Below are positions 9,766-19,599 of a stretch of 64,000 nt of DNA, one piece after another. The notes below the pieces were generated by a model. It saw nothing but the letters and a program-made list of their open reading frames with translations. It was not told the origin of the DNA and searched no databases. Source of the DNA: Gemmatimonas sp. (GTDB lineage Bacteria; Gemmatimonadota; Gemmatimonadetes; Gemmatimonadales; Gemmatimonadaceae); contig JANNVQ010000030.1 in the NCBI GenBank assembly GCA_031414535.1, positions 144,936 to 208,935 of the forward strand, in the 5' to 3' direction. How positions within the stretch are numbered: the stretch's first letter is position 1; each line of letters begins with the position of its first letter. Made by a program: the position numbers and the translations under genes.

Positions 9766-11838
9766 ATGCCACGCTGGATTTCTGCACTTATCTGGGCCGT
9801 CGTCGCCATCGTTGGCGCCTTCGCATTCGGCTACTTAGGCCTGCGCCGCGGGGAGACAATCTCCGCCGCCTGGCTCCTCACGGCTGCCATCTGCACCTAC
9901 GCGGTGGCCTATCGCTTTTACTCCAAGATCATCGCGGCCAAGATCTTCGCGCTCGATGCCACGCGGGCCACGCCGGCGGAGCGCCTCGCCGATGGCCGTG
10001 ACTTTGTCCCGACCAACAAGTGGATTGTCTTCGGACACCACTTTGCGGCTATTTCTGGCCCTGGTCCCCTCGTCGGACCAACGCTCGCCGCACAGTTCGG
10101 CTACCTACCTGGCGCGCTGTGGATCATCGTCGGCGTCGCGCTCGGCGGCGCGGTGCAGGACTTCGTGATTCTTTGCGCCTCTGTGCGCCGCGACGGCAAG
10201 TCGCTGGGCCAGATGGCAAAGGAAGAGATTGGCCCCATTGCCGGCTACACGGCGCTCGTTGCGGTGATGGGCATCATGATCATCCTGATCTCCGTGCTGG
10301 CGCTGGTCGTCGTCAATGCGCTGCGCGATTCCGCGTGGGCCACCGTGACCGTTGGCCTAACGATACCTATCGCCATGCTGATGGGCGTGTACATGCGCTA
10401 CATCCGTCCCGGTGCCGTGCTGGAGACCAGCCTGATTGGACTCGTGTTGCTCGCCCTTTCGCTGTACGCGGGGCGCTGGGCCGCGGAGCACGCCGTACTC
10501 GGGCCGATGTTTACGCTCGATGCCAAGACCCTAGCGTGGTCAGTGATGGTGTACGGCTTTGCGGCGTCAGTGATTCCTGTGTGGCTGCTGCTTGCGCCTC
10601 GCGACTACCTCTCGGCGTTCGTGAAGATCGGCGTAGTTGTGGCGCTCGCGGGCGGCATCCTCTTCGTGCTCCCGCCTCTACAGATGCCCGCGGTCACGCA
10701 GTTCATTGACGGCACAGGGCCCGTATTCGCGGGCAAGCTCTTTCCATTTGTGTTCATTACAATCGCCTGCGGCGCCATCTCTGGATTCCACGCGCTGATT
10801 GCCAGTGGCACCACGCCCAAGCTGCTCGACAACGAAGCCGACGCGCGCATGGTCGGGTACGGTGCAATGCTCACAGAATCGCTCGTGGCGGTGATGGCAC
10901 TCATCGCGGCCTGCGTACTCACGCCGGGCATCTACTTCGCGATTAATGCACCCGTTGGCATCATCGGGACTACGGCGGAGAGCGCCGCGCAAGTGATTGC
11001 CACCTGGGGCTTCGTGCTCAACCCCGCCGATCTCACCGCGCTCGCCGTGCAGGTGGAGGAGAGTTCCCTGCTCTCGCGTACCGGCGGCGCGCCTTCGCTC
11101 GCTGTTGGCATGGCCAAAATCTTTGCTGATGTGCTCGGCGGCGACACGGCGATGGCGCTCTGGTACCATTTCGCGCTGATGTTCGAGGCCCTGTTCATTC
11201 TCACGACGGTTGATGCGGGCACGCGTGTGGGCCGCTTCATGCTGCAAGACCTCGGGAAGCACATCTGGGAGCCCTTTGGTCGCACGGGGTGGTATCCCGC
11301 GGTCTTGCTGTCCTCGGCGATGGTCTGCGGCATGTGGGGCTGGTTCTTGTATCAAGGTGTGACCGACCCGCTCGGCGGCATCAACTCGCTCTGGCCGCTG
11401 TTTGGCATCTCCAATCAGTTGCTCGCCACGGTGGCGCTCTGCGTGGGCACGACCATCATCATTCGCATGGGCAAGGCGAAGTACGTGTTCGTCACGCTCA
11501 TTCCCATGACGTGGTTGGTGATTGTCACGAGTACCGCAAGTTTGCAGAAGATCTTCGATGCCAACCCTCGCGTGGGATTCCTCTCGCACGCCCAGTGGGT
11601 GCGCGACAAGCTGGCGGCGGGAGAGTTGCCGCCCGGTGTGGCGGATGCAGCGGGCGCGGCTCGCATGATCCTCAACGACAACATCAATACGGGCGTGGCA
11701 AGCTTCTTCTTGATTGCCACCCTGATCATCCTGCTCGACTCGATGCGGACCTGGTACTTGGTTCTCAGTGGTCGGATTCCGGCGACGACGAACGAAGCGC
11801 CATATCAGGTTTCAGCGCGGGCGAAGGTAGCTGCGTAG
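9766..11838 (+). CDS. cstA: Carbon starvation protein A family transporter
   Basis: GHHFAAISGPGPLVGP, CGAISGFH, LWPLFGISNQLLA. Confidence 0.95.
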   Translation: MPRWISALIWAVVAIVGAFAFGYLGLRRGETISAAWLLTAAICTYAVAYRFYSKIIAAKIFALDATRATPAERLADGRDFVPTNKWIVFGHHFAAISGPGPLVGPTLAAQFGYLPGALWIIVGVALGGAVQDFVILCASVRRDGKSLGQMAKEEIGPIAGYTALVAVMGIMIILISVLALVVVNALRDSAWATVTVGLTIPIAMLMGVYMRYIRPGAVLETSLIGLVLLALSLYAGRWAAEHAVLGPMFTLDAKTLAWSVMVYGFAASVIPVWLLLAPRDYLSAFVKIGVVVALAGGILFVLPPLQMPAVTQFIDGTGPVFAGKLFPFVFITIACGAISGFHALIASGTTPKLLDNEADARMVGYGAMLTESLVAVMALIAACVLTPGIYFAINAPVGIIGTTAESAAQVIATWGFVLNPADLTALAVQVEESSLLSRTGGAPSLAVGMAKIFADVLGGDTAMALWYHFALMFEALFILTTVDAGTRVGRFMLQDLGKHIWEPFGRTGWYPAVLLSSAMVCGMWGWFLYQGVTDPLGGINSLWPLFGISNQLLATVALCVGTTIIIRMGKAKYVFVTLIPMTWLVIVTSTASLQKIFDANPRVGFLSHAQWVRDKLAAGELPPGVADAAGAARMILNDNINTGVASFFLIATLIILLDSMRTWYLVLSGRIPATTNEAPYQVSARAKVAA

Positions 11839-11842
11839 TTGT

Positions 11843-11976
11843 TCACCACGGAGGCACGGAGACGCGGAGACTGCGACCGCAAGGAGTACGGGGGGGGGTG
11901 CCCAAGACGTTTCATTTGCGTTTTTCCCCAAGTCCTTGCCTTTGTCATTCTCTGAGCCTCCGTGCCTCCGTGGTGA
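11843..11976. repeat. REP/REPIN-like element with 19-bp terminal inverted repeats
   Basis: TCACCACGGAGGCACGGAG (11843-11861) and its reverse complement CTCCGTGCCTCCGTGGTGA (11958-11976). Confidence 0.8.
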
Positions 11977-12007
11977 TTGTCTTTTCTTTCTTAACGGACC
12001 GATTCTC

Positions 12008-14344
12008 ATGCGTCGCGTAGCACTCGCGCTCTCACTCCTCGCTGTACCGCTCGCGGCGCAGCAGCAGCCCGCCTTTGACCTGTCGGTGCGTAACATCATG
12101 CGCGGCCCAGAGCTCTACGGGCGCGAACCGGCACAGGTGCGCTGGACTGCTGATGGTCAGTGGGTGTACTTCCGCTGGCTCGCGCCGGGCGCGGCGTGGA
12201 ACGAGAGTCTCAAACCGTACCGCATCGCGCCGCGCGCTGGCGCCACACCTGAACTGCTCACCGAAGCACATCTGGATTCCGTGGCGCCCATGCTCGGCAC
12301 CGGCCCGCGCTCCCGCGACGGCCGCCTACGCGTGGTGGCCGCTAATGGCGATATCTGGGTGCAGCAGCGAGACCAGCAGCAACGCGTTGGATTGCGCCGC
12401 ATCACGCAAACCGCGGCCACTGAATCGGGTCCCCGCATCGCCCAAGACGGCCGTACGCTGTACTTCGTGCGCGAGAACAACGCTTACGCGTTTGACCTCG
12501 CGACGGGCCTTACACGGCAACTCTCCGATATCCGCAGCGGGGTGGCCCCGCGTGATCCCGCTGCTGCCACTGGGCAGCGCGGTGCAGTCGCCGAGCAACA
12601 GAGGATTCTCCTCGAGTATGTGCGCGAGCAGTTGCGTGCCGATTCCATTCGCCGCGCTGATCGCCGCGAGGCCGACGCGCGAGCACTGCCCGTCGTGTGG
12701 ATTCCAACCGCCGAGCGCATCACTTCGCTTTCTATTTCGCCGGACGGCCGCAGCGCGCTGATCGCCACGACCACACCGGCGCAAAACACCAAGGGCAGCG
12801 ACGTACCGGACTACGTCACCACGGACGGCTACCCGCGCATGATTCCGGGTCGCACCAAGGTGGGCGACGCGCAAGGCACGCCAAAGGTTGGTCATCTCGA
12901 CTTCGCCAGCGGCCGCGTCACGTGGCTCAAACTCACGCCGGATTCCGCCGCAGTCGTTGGCGGCGCACAGATTGGCGACTGGAGCGCTGATGGCGCATTT
13001 GCCATCGTGAGTTCCACGAGCGCGGACTTTAAGCATCGCTGGCTCTTCAGCGTAGCCTCGGCGAACGGTGCAACGGTGCTCGTGGATGCCCTGCGCGATG
13101 AAGCCTGGGTGAACGGTCCCTGCTTTGGCTGCAACGGATTCACGCCCGAGGGTCGCATCTGGTTCGTGTCCGAGCGCACGGGATTCTCGCAACTCTACGC
13201 CGTGAAGCCGGACGGTTCGGACAAGGTCGCAATCACCAGCGGTCGCTGGGAAGTGCTTGAGGTCGCCCTCAGCGACGACGGCCGCAACTTTGAGTTGAAC
13301 ACCAGCGAGCCAACGCCCTTCACGCGGCAGGCGTATCGGGTGTCCACCACCGGGGGAGCGCGTACGCGCATTACGAGCGGCGATGGCGGCCACAGCGTGA
13401 GCTATGCGCCAGATGGCCAGCGCTATGTGACGGTGTACTCTGAAGCGAACACACCGCCCGAACTGTATCTGGGCCGGGTCGGGCAGGCCGCAACGTCGCG
13501 CCTCACGACGTCCACCACCGAGGAGTTCCGTCGTCAGGCGTGGATCAAGCCAGAGATTGTGATGGTGCCCGGCGAGGATGGCACGCCTGTCCCCGCACGC
13601 ATCTATCGTCCGCGTGATGTGGGCGCGCAGGCCAATGGCGCTGGCGTGATCTTTGTGCACGGCGCGGGCTACCTGCACAACATCCATAACTGGTGGTCCA
13701 CGTACTCGCGCGAGTACATGTTCCATCACCTGCTCGCCTCCCAAGGCTATACGGTGCTCGACATCGACTACCGTGGCAGCGCAGGCTACGGCCGCGATTG
13801 GCGCACCGCCATCTATCGTCACATGGGCGGATGGGACTTGAACGATCATGTGAGTGGCAGCAAGTATCTCACGGCCAACTTCGGCATCAATCCTGAGCGC
13901 ATCGGCATTTACGGCGGCTCCTACGGCGGATTCATCACACTGATGGCGCTGTTCAACAAGCCAGAGTACTTCGGCGCCGGTGCCGCGCTACGCTCCGTGA
14001 CCGATTGGGCCAACTACAATCACGGCTACACGGGCCGCATCCTGAATCTTCCGCAGGACGACACGCTCTCGTACCGTCGTTCTTCGCCAATCTTCTTCGC
14101 CGAAGGCCTGCGCGACCCGCTGCTCATCGCCCACGGCATGGTGGACACCAACGTGCAGTTCCAAGACGTGGTGCAGCTCGCGCAACGCTTGATTGAACTC
14201 GGGAAGACAGATTGGGAGATGGCCGTATATCCCACAGAAGATCATGGCTTCGTGCGTCCGAGTTCGTGGACGGACGAGTATCGTCGCATTCTTGAGTTGT
14301 TCAATCGCACGATTGGGCCCAACGGGAGCAAGACACGCCCGTGA
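12008..14344 (+). CDS. S9 family peptidase (dipeptidyl/prolyl oligopeptidase-like), secreted
   Basis: Signal peptide, propeller region, GGSYGG nucleophile elbow, DTNV Asp and EDHGF His. Confidence 0.92.
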   Translation: MRRVALALSLLAVPLAAQQQPAFDLSVRNIMRGPELYGREPAQVRWTADGQWVYFRWLAPGAAWNESLKPYRIAPRAGATPELLTEAHLDSVAPMLGTGPRSRDGRLRVVAANGDIWVQQRDQQQRVGLRRITQTAATESGPRIAQDGRTLYFVRENNAYAFDLATGLTRQLSDIRSGVAPRDPAAATGQRGAVAEQQRILLEYVREQLRADSIRRADRREADARALPVVWIPTAERITSLSISPDGRSALIATTTPAQNTKGSDVPDYVTTDGYPRMIPGRTKVGDAQGTPKVGHLDFASGRVTWLKLTPDSAAVVGGAQIGDWSADGAFAIVSSTSADFKHRWLFSVASANGATVLVDALRDEAWVNGPCFGCNGFTPEGRIWFVSERTGFSQLYAVKPDGSDKVAITSGRWEVLEVALSDDGRNFELNTSEPTPFTRQAYRVSTTGGARTRITSGDGGHSVSYAPDGQRYVTVYSEANTPPELYLGRVGQAATSRLTTSTTEEFRRQAWIKPEIVMVPGEDGTPVPARIYRPRDVGAQANGAGVIFVHGAGYLHNIHNWWSTYSREYMFHHLLASQGYTVLDIDYRGSAGYGRDWRTAIYRHMGGWDLNDHVSGSKYLTANFGINPERIGIYGGSYGGFITLMALFNKPEYFGAGAALRSVTDWANYNHGYTGRILNLPQDDTLSYRRSSPIFFAEGLRDPLLIAHGMVDTNVQFQDVVQLAQRLIELGKTDWEMAVYPTEDHGFVRPSSWTDEYRRILELFNRTIGPNGSKTRP

Positions 14345-14514
14345 TCGCACGGATTGCCGCCATCCTGCGCCGGATTATTGGCGCGCCCGACTACGCCGCG
14401 TATGTAGCGCATGTGCGGGCGCATCATCCGGAGCGGGAACCGCTCTGCGAGCGGGACTTTTTGACCGAGCGCCTAAGTGCACGCTACGAGAAGCCGGGGG
14501 CACGTTGTTGCTAG
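14341..14514 (+). CDS. YbdD/YjiX (DUF466) family small protein, absent from the ORF track
   Basis: Manual translation MIARIAAILRRIIGAPDYAAYVAHVRAHHPEREPLCERDFLTERLSARYEKPGARCC*; PDY..Y..H...HP and terminal RCC are family hallmarks; GTG overlaps the peptidase stop. Confidence 0.9.
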   Translation: MIARIAAILRRIIGAPDYAAYVAHVRAHHPEREPLCERDFLTERLSARYEKPGARCC

Positions 14515-14538
14515 AGGGATGCGTGCGCAGCATGGTGG

Positions 14539-15786
14539 CTAGGCCTGCGTGGAGCGTGGAGTCGGTACAAACATGGCAAAGAGCAGGCAGGATAGCACGG
14601 CGATGCCAGCACCCATCTGGAACGCAGCGGCTGAGCCGTGTGCATCCCACACCAGTCCAAATACAATCGATGCCGGCAGCGCGGCGATGCCAATCGCCGC
14701 ATTGAACCAGCCAAACGCCGCACCTCTGCGCGACGCAGGCACCAAATCCGCCACCAAAGCCTTCTCGGCGCCTTCACTCATGCCGAAGTACAAGCCGTAG
14801 ACCACAAACAGTGCCCACACATGCCAAGCATCGGTGGCCGTGGCGAACCCCAGATACACCAGCGCGTATACGCCCCATCCCCCGAGAATCAGCGGGCGAC
14901 GACCAACCTTATCGGCTAGCGCTCCACTCAGCACTGAGCTCGACGACTTCACCACGTGCAACGCCGCCCACAGAATGGGAATCAGCGAGGTGGCCACGCC
15001 AAGCTGAGAAGCGCGAAGCAAAAGGAACGCGTCTGTAGAAAGGCTTAGCGTGAAGAGGAACATCACCGCCAGCATCCGCCAGAACGCAGAACCCAGCGGA
15101 GTGTCATTGGAGCTACCACGCGCGGCGATTGGCACTGCGAGTGGCGCGACGCTCGCATCCGCTTCGTCCTTCGGCAAAGCGCCTGACACAATCTTCAACC
15201 TCTGCCCTGTGTCCCCCGGCTCGCGCACGAACAGCACGAGCAACAGCACCGAGAGCATGCCAGGCAGCGCCGTCCAATAGAACAGCGTTCTGAGCTCAGC
15301 CCAGCCATAGGTGAGAGCGGCCCAAGCGATGAGCGGGCCAAACACAGCGCCAAGGTTGTCCGCTCCGCGGTGTACGCCATAGGCATATCCGCGTTGCGAC
15401 GCCGGTACAGAATCGGCAATAAGCGCGTCGCGAGGCGCGCTGCGTAGTCCCTTGCCGAACCGATCGCTCATGCGTATTGCCAACACCTGCCCGGCGCTCT
15501 GAGCGAGGCCAAGCAGGGGACGGGCCAGCCACGCAATGGTATATCCAATCACCACCAGCGGCTTTCGCCGCTTCGTTCGGTCTGACCACCATCCCGCGGG
15601 TAATCGCAGCAGCGAAGAGGCCGACTCGGCGAATCCCTCAATCACCCCGAGCCCCACCGCGCTCACGCCAAGCACCGTCGAGAGAAACAGCGGTAGCAAG
15701 GGATACACCATCTCGCTGGCCACGTCCGTAAGAAACGAGACCGCCGCGAGCACTTTGACGTTTCGTGGCAGGGGGGCGCGTTTCAT
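14539..15786 (-). CDS. MFS transporter
   Basis: About 12 TM segments, DRFGKGLRSAPRDALIADS; ATG overlaps the upstream TGA. Confidence 0.88.
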   Translation of the reverse strand: MKRAPLPRNVKVLAAVSFLTDVASEMVYPLLPLFLSTVLGVSAVGLGVIEGFAESASSLLRLPAGWWSDRTKRRKPLVVIGYTIAWLARPLLGLAQSAGQVLAIRMSDRFGKGLRSAPRDALIADSVPASQRGYAYGVHRGADNLGAVFGPLIAWAALTYGWAELRTLFYWTALPGMLSVLLLVLFVREPGDTGQRLKIVSGALPKDEADASVAPLAVPIAARGSSNDTPLGSAFWRMLAVMFLFTLSLSTDAFLLLRASQLGVATSLIPILWAALHVVKSSSSVLSGALADKVGRRPLILGGWGVYALVYLGFATATDAWHVWALFVVYGLYFGMSEGAEKALVADLVPASRRGAAFGWFNAAIGIAALPASIVFGLVWDAHGSAAAFQMGAGIAVLSCLLFAMFVPTPRSTQA

Positions 15787-16994
15787 CAGAGCCAACGCAC
15801 GCCGTCTGACGGCGCTAGGTGTAACCACTCGCTCTTGGCAGCCCGCGAGGGGTAGGCCTGTGCGTACAATGCGCGCCAACGCTCGCGCACCTCCTCAAGC
15901 TGCGACGCATCGCACACAGCCCACACAGCACCACCGAAGCCCGCGCCGAAGGCCGACGCCGCGTGTGCGCCCGCCGCCATCGCCGCGCGCGACAGAAACA
16001 TCGTCTCCGGCACCTGATTGCGCAGTGCGAGCTCCGCTCCTTGCTGCGACTCCACAGCCCAGCGCCCGAGGGACTCACCGTCGGCGGCTGAAATCGCCGC
16101 CAACGCCGCGGGGACCACAACGGTGGTCTCACGCCGAAACTGCGCGAGACGCGCCAACAGCATGGGCGCATCATTCGAGCGGCCAGCCAGAACTTCTATC
16201 TGCGACGGCGCGTCTGTTGATGAACCCAATGCGGCCGCCAAGGATCGATCCTCGCGCCCCGTCACCACATTCCAGTGGGCGAGCAGTCCGTGCACCAGAT
16301 CGGCGGCGCGATTGTAGTCGGCCTGCGCCCCACCAGTCTTCGTGGCCCGCACGCCGCTCACGGCCACCAAGAGCGCCCACGACTTGGGAAACGTCGCTTC
16401 GCCGATCAGCGTTGCGGGTAGATACCCATACGCACCAACACGCCCCGCGGTATTGCAAAGAATCGCCACGTGGTCCTGTGCGCCACCACGCGTACCCACA
16501 CCGCGTTCACCGGGCCACGGGCCAAACACACCGCCGGTCTCCACCGCGCCGCAATATTCAGCGAGCGCCAAGCGATTGCCCAAGTACTGCTGCCACTCCG
16601 GCCGCTCCGTGAGCCCGTTGGTCTCCGCAACTGCCATCGTCAGCATCGTGACGAACGCACTAGAACTCGAGAGTCCCGCCGAACGTGGCAGTGTGCTCAC
16701 CGACACAAGACGGACACCGTGCTTGAGCGGACCAAAGTCCCGCGACAAACGGCGCGCTACCGCCGCGATATAGGTCCCACCGTGCGCACCGCCTGGACGC
16801 GCGTCTCGCCTGAGCGGTACGCGAGCCCGCCGACCCGTGCGCCCATCCTCAAGATCAATGACCGGCACATCCAAAGGCTCCACATCGGCCGTGATGCCCT
16901 CATTGATGGCACAGGTCATCGAGATGCCACCGCCGTAATCCACGTGCTTGCCGAAGAGTTCAATTCGGCCGGGCACAAAGAGCCGGCGTGTCAC
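15786..16994 (-). CDS. GHMP sugar kinase, galactokinase-like with altered signature
   Basis: PGRIELFGKHVDY, LPRSAGLSSSSA, GAGFGG. Confidence 0.85.
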   Translation of the reverse strand: MTRRLFVPGRIELFGKHVDYGGGISMTCAINEGITADVEPLDVPVIDLEDGRTGRRARVPLRRDARPGGAHGGTYIAAVARRLSRDFGPLKHGVRLVSVSTLPRSAGLSSSSAFVTMLTMAVAETNGLTERPEWQQYLGNRLALAEYCGAVETGGVFGPWPGERGVGTRGGAQDHVAILCNTAGRVGAYGYLPATLIGEATFPKSWALLVAVSGVRATKTGGAQADYNRAADLVHGLLAHWNVVTGREDRSLAAALGSSTDAPSQIEVLAGRSNDAPMLLARLAQFRRETTVVVPAALAAISAADGESLGRWAVESQQGAELALRNQVPETMFLSRAAMAAGAHAASAFGAGFGGAVWAVCDASQLEEVRERWRALYAQAYPSRAAKSEWLHLAPSDGVRWL

Positions 16995-17836
16995 GGTCGT
17001 GGGACCACGCCGCTCAGTCGCTCGCTCAGGGCCGCCACATCCCTTCGATGCGTGAGGTCCAGCACCGCTTCGGCGCGCGTCAGTGCCCGATACTGCTCCC
17101 CGCGTTCCATCGAGATACGTACTGCATCCGCCAGCTCAAGCTCACCGCGAGGTGACGGCTGCACGGAGGTACAGGCGTCGAAGATTGCCTCGGTGAACCG
17201 CCAAAGGTTCATTGACACCCAGCGGGGCTTCGCCTGCATCAGCGGATGGTCTGCACGAGGCTTCTCCACGATGGCGTTCAGCATGCCATCCTTGGAGATG
17301 TCCACGAGCGCGAAACTCCGCACGCGCTCCGCTTCCATGCCGCCCTCACGGACCAGCACATCGGCGTCATACGCCACGAGACCAGGGCCACGCAAATCCA
17401 CCAGCGACTCTATCGCAGCTGTAGAATACAAATTGTCGGCGTTACACATCAGGAAGTGCCGCACGCCCTCAGCGTCGGTGCTCGCGCCAAGAGGTGCCGC
17501 CACCGCATCGCGAGCGGAGAGGAGTGCGTGGGCCGTGCCCCTCGGTTCATCCTGCACGGCGAATCGCACACGAATGCGGCTCGGCTCTGCGTCCTCTTCG
17601 TAGCGCTGCCTGAGCGCCGAGTCACCGGGCGGTACGACGAAGACCACATCACGGACTCCGCCGTCGGCCAGCGCGTGCAAGGCATAGTCCAGCAACGGCC
17701 GGCCGGCCAAGGGCATAAGTCCCTTCACGCCCGCATCTGCAGCTGACGACTGCGCCGCGTCGAGCTCGGCCCCGTCATCGTCGCGCAACCGCGAACCCAA
17801 GCCGCGCGCTAAGATCACCGCGAGTGTGGCGCGCAT
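16991..17836 (-). CDS. Sugar-phosphate nucleotidyltransferase
   Basis: LARGLGSRLR, K-G-L-M-P, QDEPRGTAHA, VEKP, SPRGELEL; start moved to MRATL. Confidence 0.88.
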   Translation of the reverse strand: MRATLAVILARGLGSRLRDDDGAELDAAQSSAADAGVKGLMPLAGRPLLDYALHALADGGVRDVVFVVPPGDSALRQRYEEDAEPSRIRVRFAVQDEPRGTAHALLSARDAVAAPLGASTDAEGVRHFLMCNADNLYSTAAIESLVDLRGPGLVAYDADVLVREGGMEAERVRSFALVDISKDGMLNAIVEKPRADHPLMQAKPRWVSMNLWRFTEAIFDACTSVQPSPRGELELADAVRISMERGEQYRALTRAEAVLDLTHRRDVAALSERLSGVVPRP

Positions 17837-19599
17837 CAGGCGGCGCGCCGGAACCCCTGCACCACGCGCCACGCCACCGTCCCGCTCACCACAAACACCA
17901 CCGCCCATATGCTGGCCAAGCGGGTATTGCCCATCAAGTACGCGCCGACGCCGAAGAGCGAGGCATAAACAAAGAACACGCCGGCCAGCCAGCCGAGCAG
18001 CGCCTGCGAGAACGAATCCGGCGACGCCGTCACGCCAGACTCCGCGCGCACCGCCGCCCAACCAGGCCCGGCCGGGCGCACCAACTCATAGAAGCGCCGC
18101 AGCACCATGGGATCCGTCTTCGGGCCCATGAAGGCTGCGACCATCCAAATGGCCGTGGTTGCTCCAACCGTAATCAGCAGAGAGATGTGCGCCGGTACCT
18201 CGGCGCCGCTCCGCCGCGCTACCTCAAAGCCAATCGCAATCGCAAACGAACCCACCATCGCCGCCACCTCGGCGGCAGCGTTCACGCGCCACCAGTACCA
18301 GCGCAGCAGGTAGAGAAGACCCGTACCGGCGCCGATTGAGAGCAGCAGCGTGAAGCCCGCTCGCGCTGTCTCGAGATAGAAGGTGAGGCCAGCCGCGACG
18401 ACCATTAGCCCCGCGGTCACGAGGCGACCAACGAGCACATAATGTGCCTCGCTTGCTGAAGGCTGCACAAAGCGGCGATACAAATCGTGCACGAGGTAGC
18501 TCGTGCCCCAATTGAGGTGGGTGACGATGGTAGACACGTAGGCCGAGAGCAGACCAGCAACCATCACGCCCAGCCACCCAACGGGCAGGAAGGTTAGCAT
18601 CGCGGGGTACGCGATATCATTACCAATCAGATTGCGGGGCACGTCGGGGAACGCGCGCGCGATATCGTCCAGCGTGGGGAACACGAGGATCGAACTCAGC
18701 GCCACGATAATCCAAGGCCAAGTGCGCAGGCCGTAGTGCGCCACGTTAAAGAACAGCGTACCAAAGAGGGCATCCTGTTCGCTCTTGGAGGCCAGCATGC
18801 GCTGCGCGATGTAGCTGCCGCCACCGGGTTCGGCGCCGGGGTACCACACGGACCACCACTGCACGGTGATTGGCAGCACGAACACGGCGAGTGCCACCGT
18901 CCAGTCCGAGAAGTCCGGCATGAAGGCGATGGTCTGCGCCGGAAGTTGGCTGAACAGGCCGCTCAAGCCACCGACCTCCGGGCGCTGCAGCGCAAAGTAG
19001 GCTGCCGCCACTGAGCCCGACATCGCGATGCCAAACTGAATGAAGTCGGCCACGAGCACGCCCCAGAGGCCGCTCACCACCGCAAACAACACGTTCAGTA
19101 CGGCACACACCGCCAGCGTCTGCCACATCGGCCAACCGAGCAGGATGGACGCAATCTTCGCCGCCGCGAGATTCACCGTCGCCATGATGACGACGTTGAA
19201 CACCAAGCCGAGGTAGATGGCGCGGAATCCACGCACGAAGCTCGCCGCCTTGCCCGAGTAACGAATCTCGTAGAATTCGAGGTCCGTCAGCACACCCGAG
19301 CGCCGCCACATCCGCGCGTAGAACATGACCGTCGCCATGCCTGTGAGCAAAAAGGCCCACCACACCCAATTGCCCGACACGCCACCGCCACGCACGAGAT
19401 CCGTGACGAGGTTCGGCGTGTCTGTCGAGAACGTGGTCGCAACCATCGAGACGCCAATCAACCACCACGGCGCCGAGCGACCGCTCGTGAAGAACTCTGC
19501 GGTGGATTCTCCGGCGCGGCGCGCCAGCAACAACGCCGGCACGAAGGCAACCAACAGCGAGGCGACGACGATGACCCAGTCGAGTGTCGTGAGTCTCAT
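17836..19599 (-). CDS. Sodium:solute symporter (SSS) family transporter
   Basis: SMVATTFSTDTP, QRMLASKSE, many TM segments. Confidence 0.92.
   Translation of the reverse strand: MRLTTLDWVIVVASLLVAFVPALLLARRAGESTAEFFTSGRSAPWWLIGVSMVATTFSTDTPNLVTDLVRGGGVSGNWVWWAFLLTGMATVMFYARMWRRSGVLTDLEFYEIRYSGKAASFVRGFRAIYLGLVFNVVIMATVNLAAAKIASILLGWPMWQTLAVCAVLNVLFAVVSGLWGVLVADFIQFGIAMSGSVAAAYFALQRPEVGGLSGLFSQLPAQTIAFMPDFSDWTVALAVFVLPITVQWWSVWYPGAEPGGGSYIAQRMLASKSEQDALFGTLFFNVAHYGLRTWPWIIVALSSILVFPTLDDIARAFPDVPRNLIGNDIAYPAMLTFLPVGWLGVMVAGLLSAYVSTIVTHLNWGTSYLVHDLYRRFVQPSASEAHYVLVGRLVTAGLMVVAAGLTFYLETARAGFTLLLSIGAGTGLLYLLRWYWWRVNAAAEVAAMVGSFAIAIGFEVARRSGAEVPAHISLLITVGATTAIWMVAAFMGPKTDPMVLRRFYELVRPAGPGWAAVRAESGVTASPDSFSQALLGWLAGVFFVYASLFGVGAYLMGNTRLASIWAVVFVVSGTVAWRVVQGFRRAA

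Noticed and set aside
12326..13849. Long antisense and alternative-frame ORFs (also 34464-35906, 54242-55450 and others)
   Set aside because: Shadows of well-supported genes, typical of high-GC DNA, with no recognisable motifs
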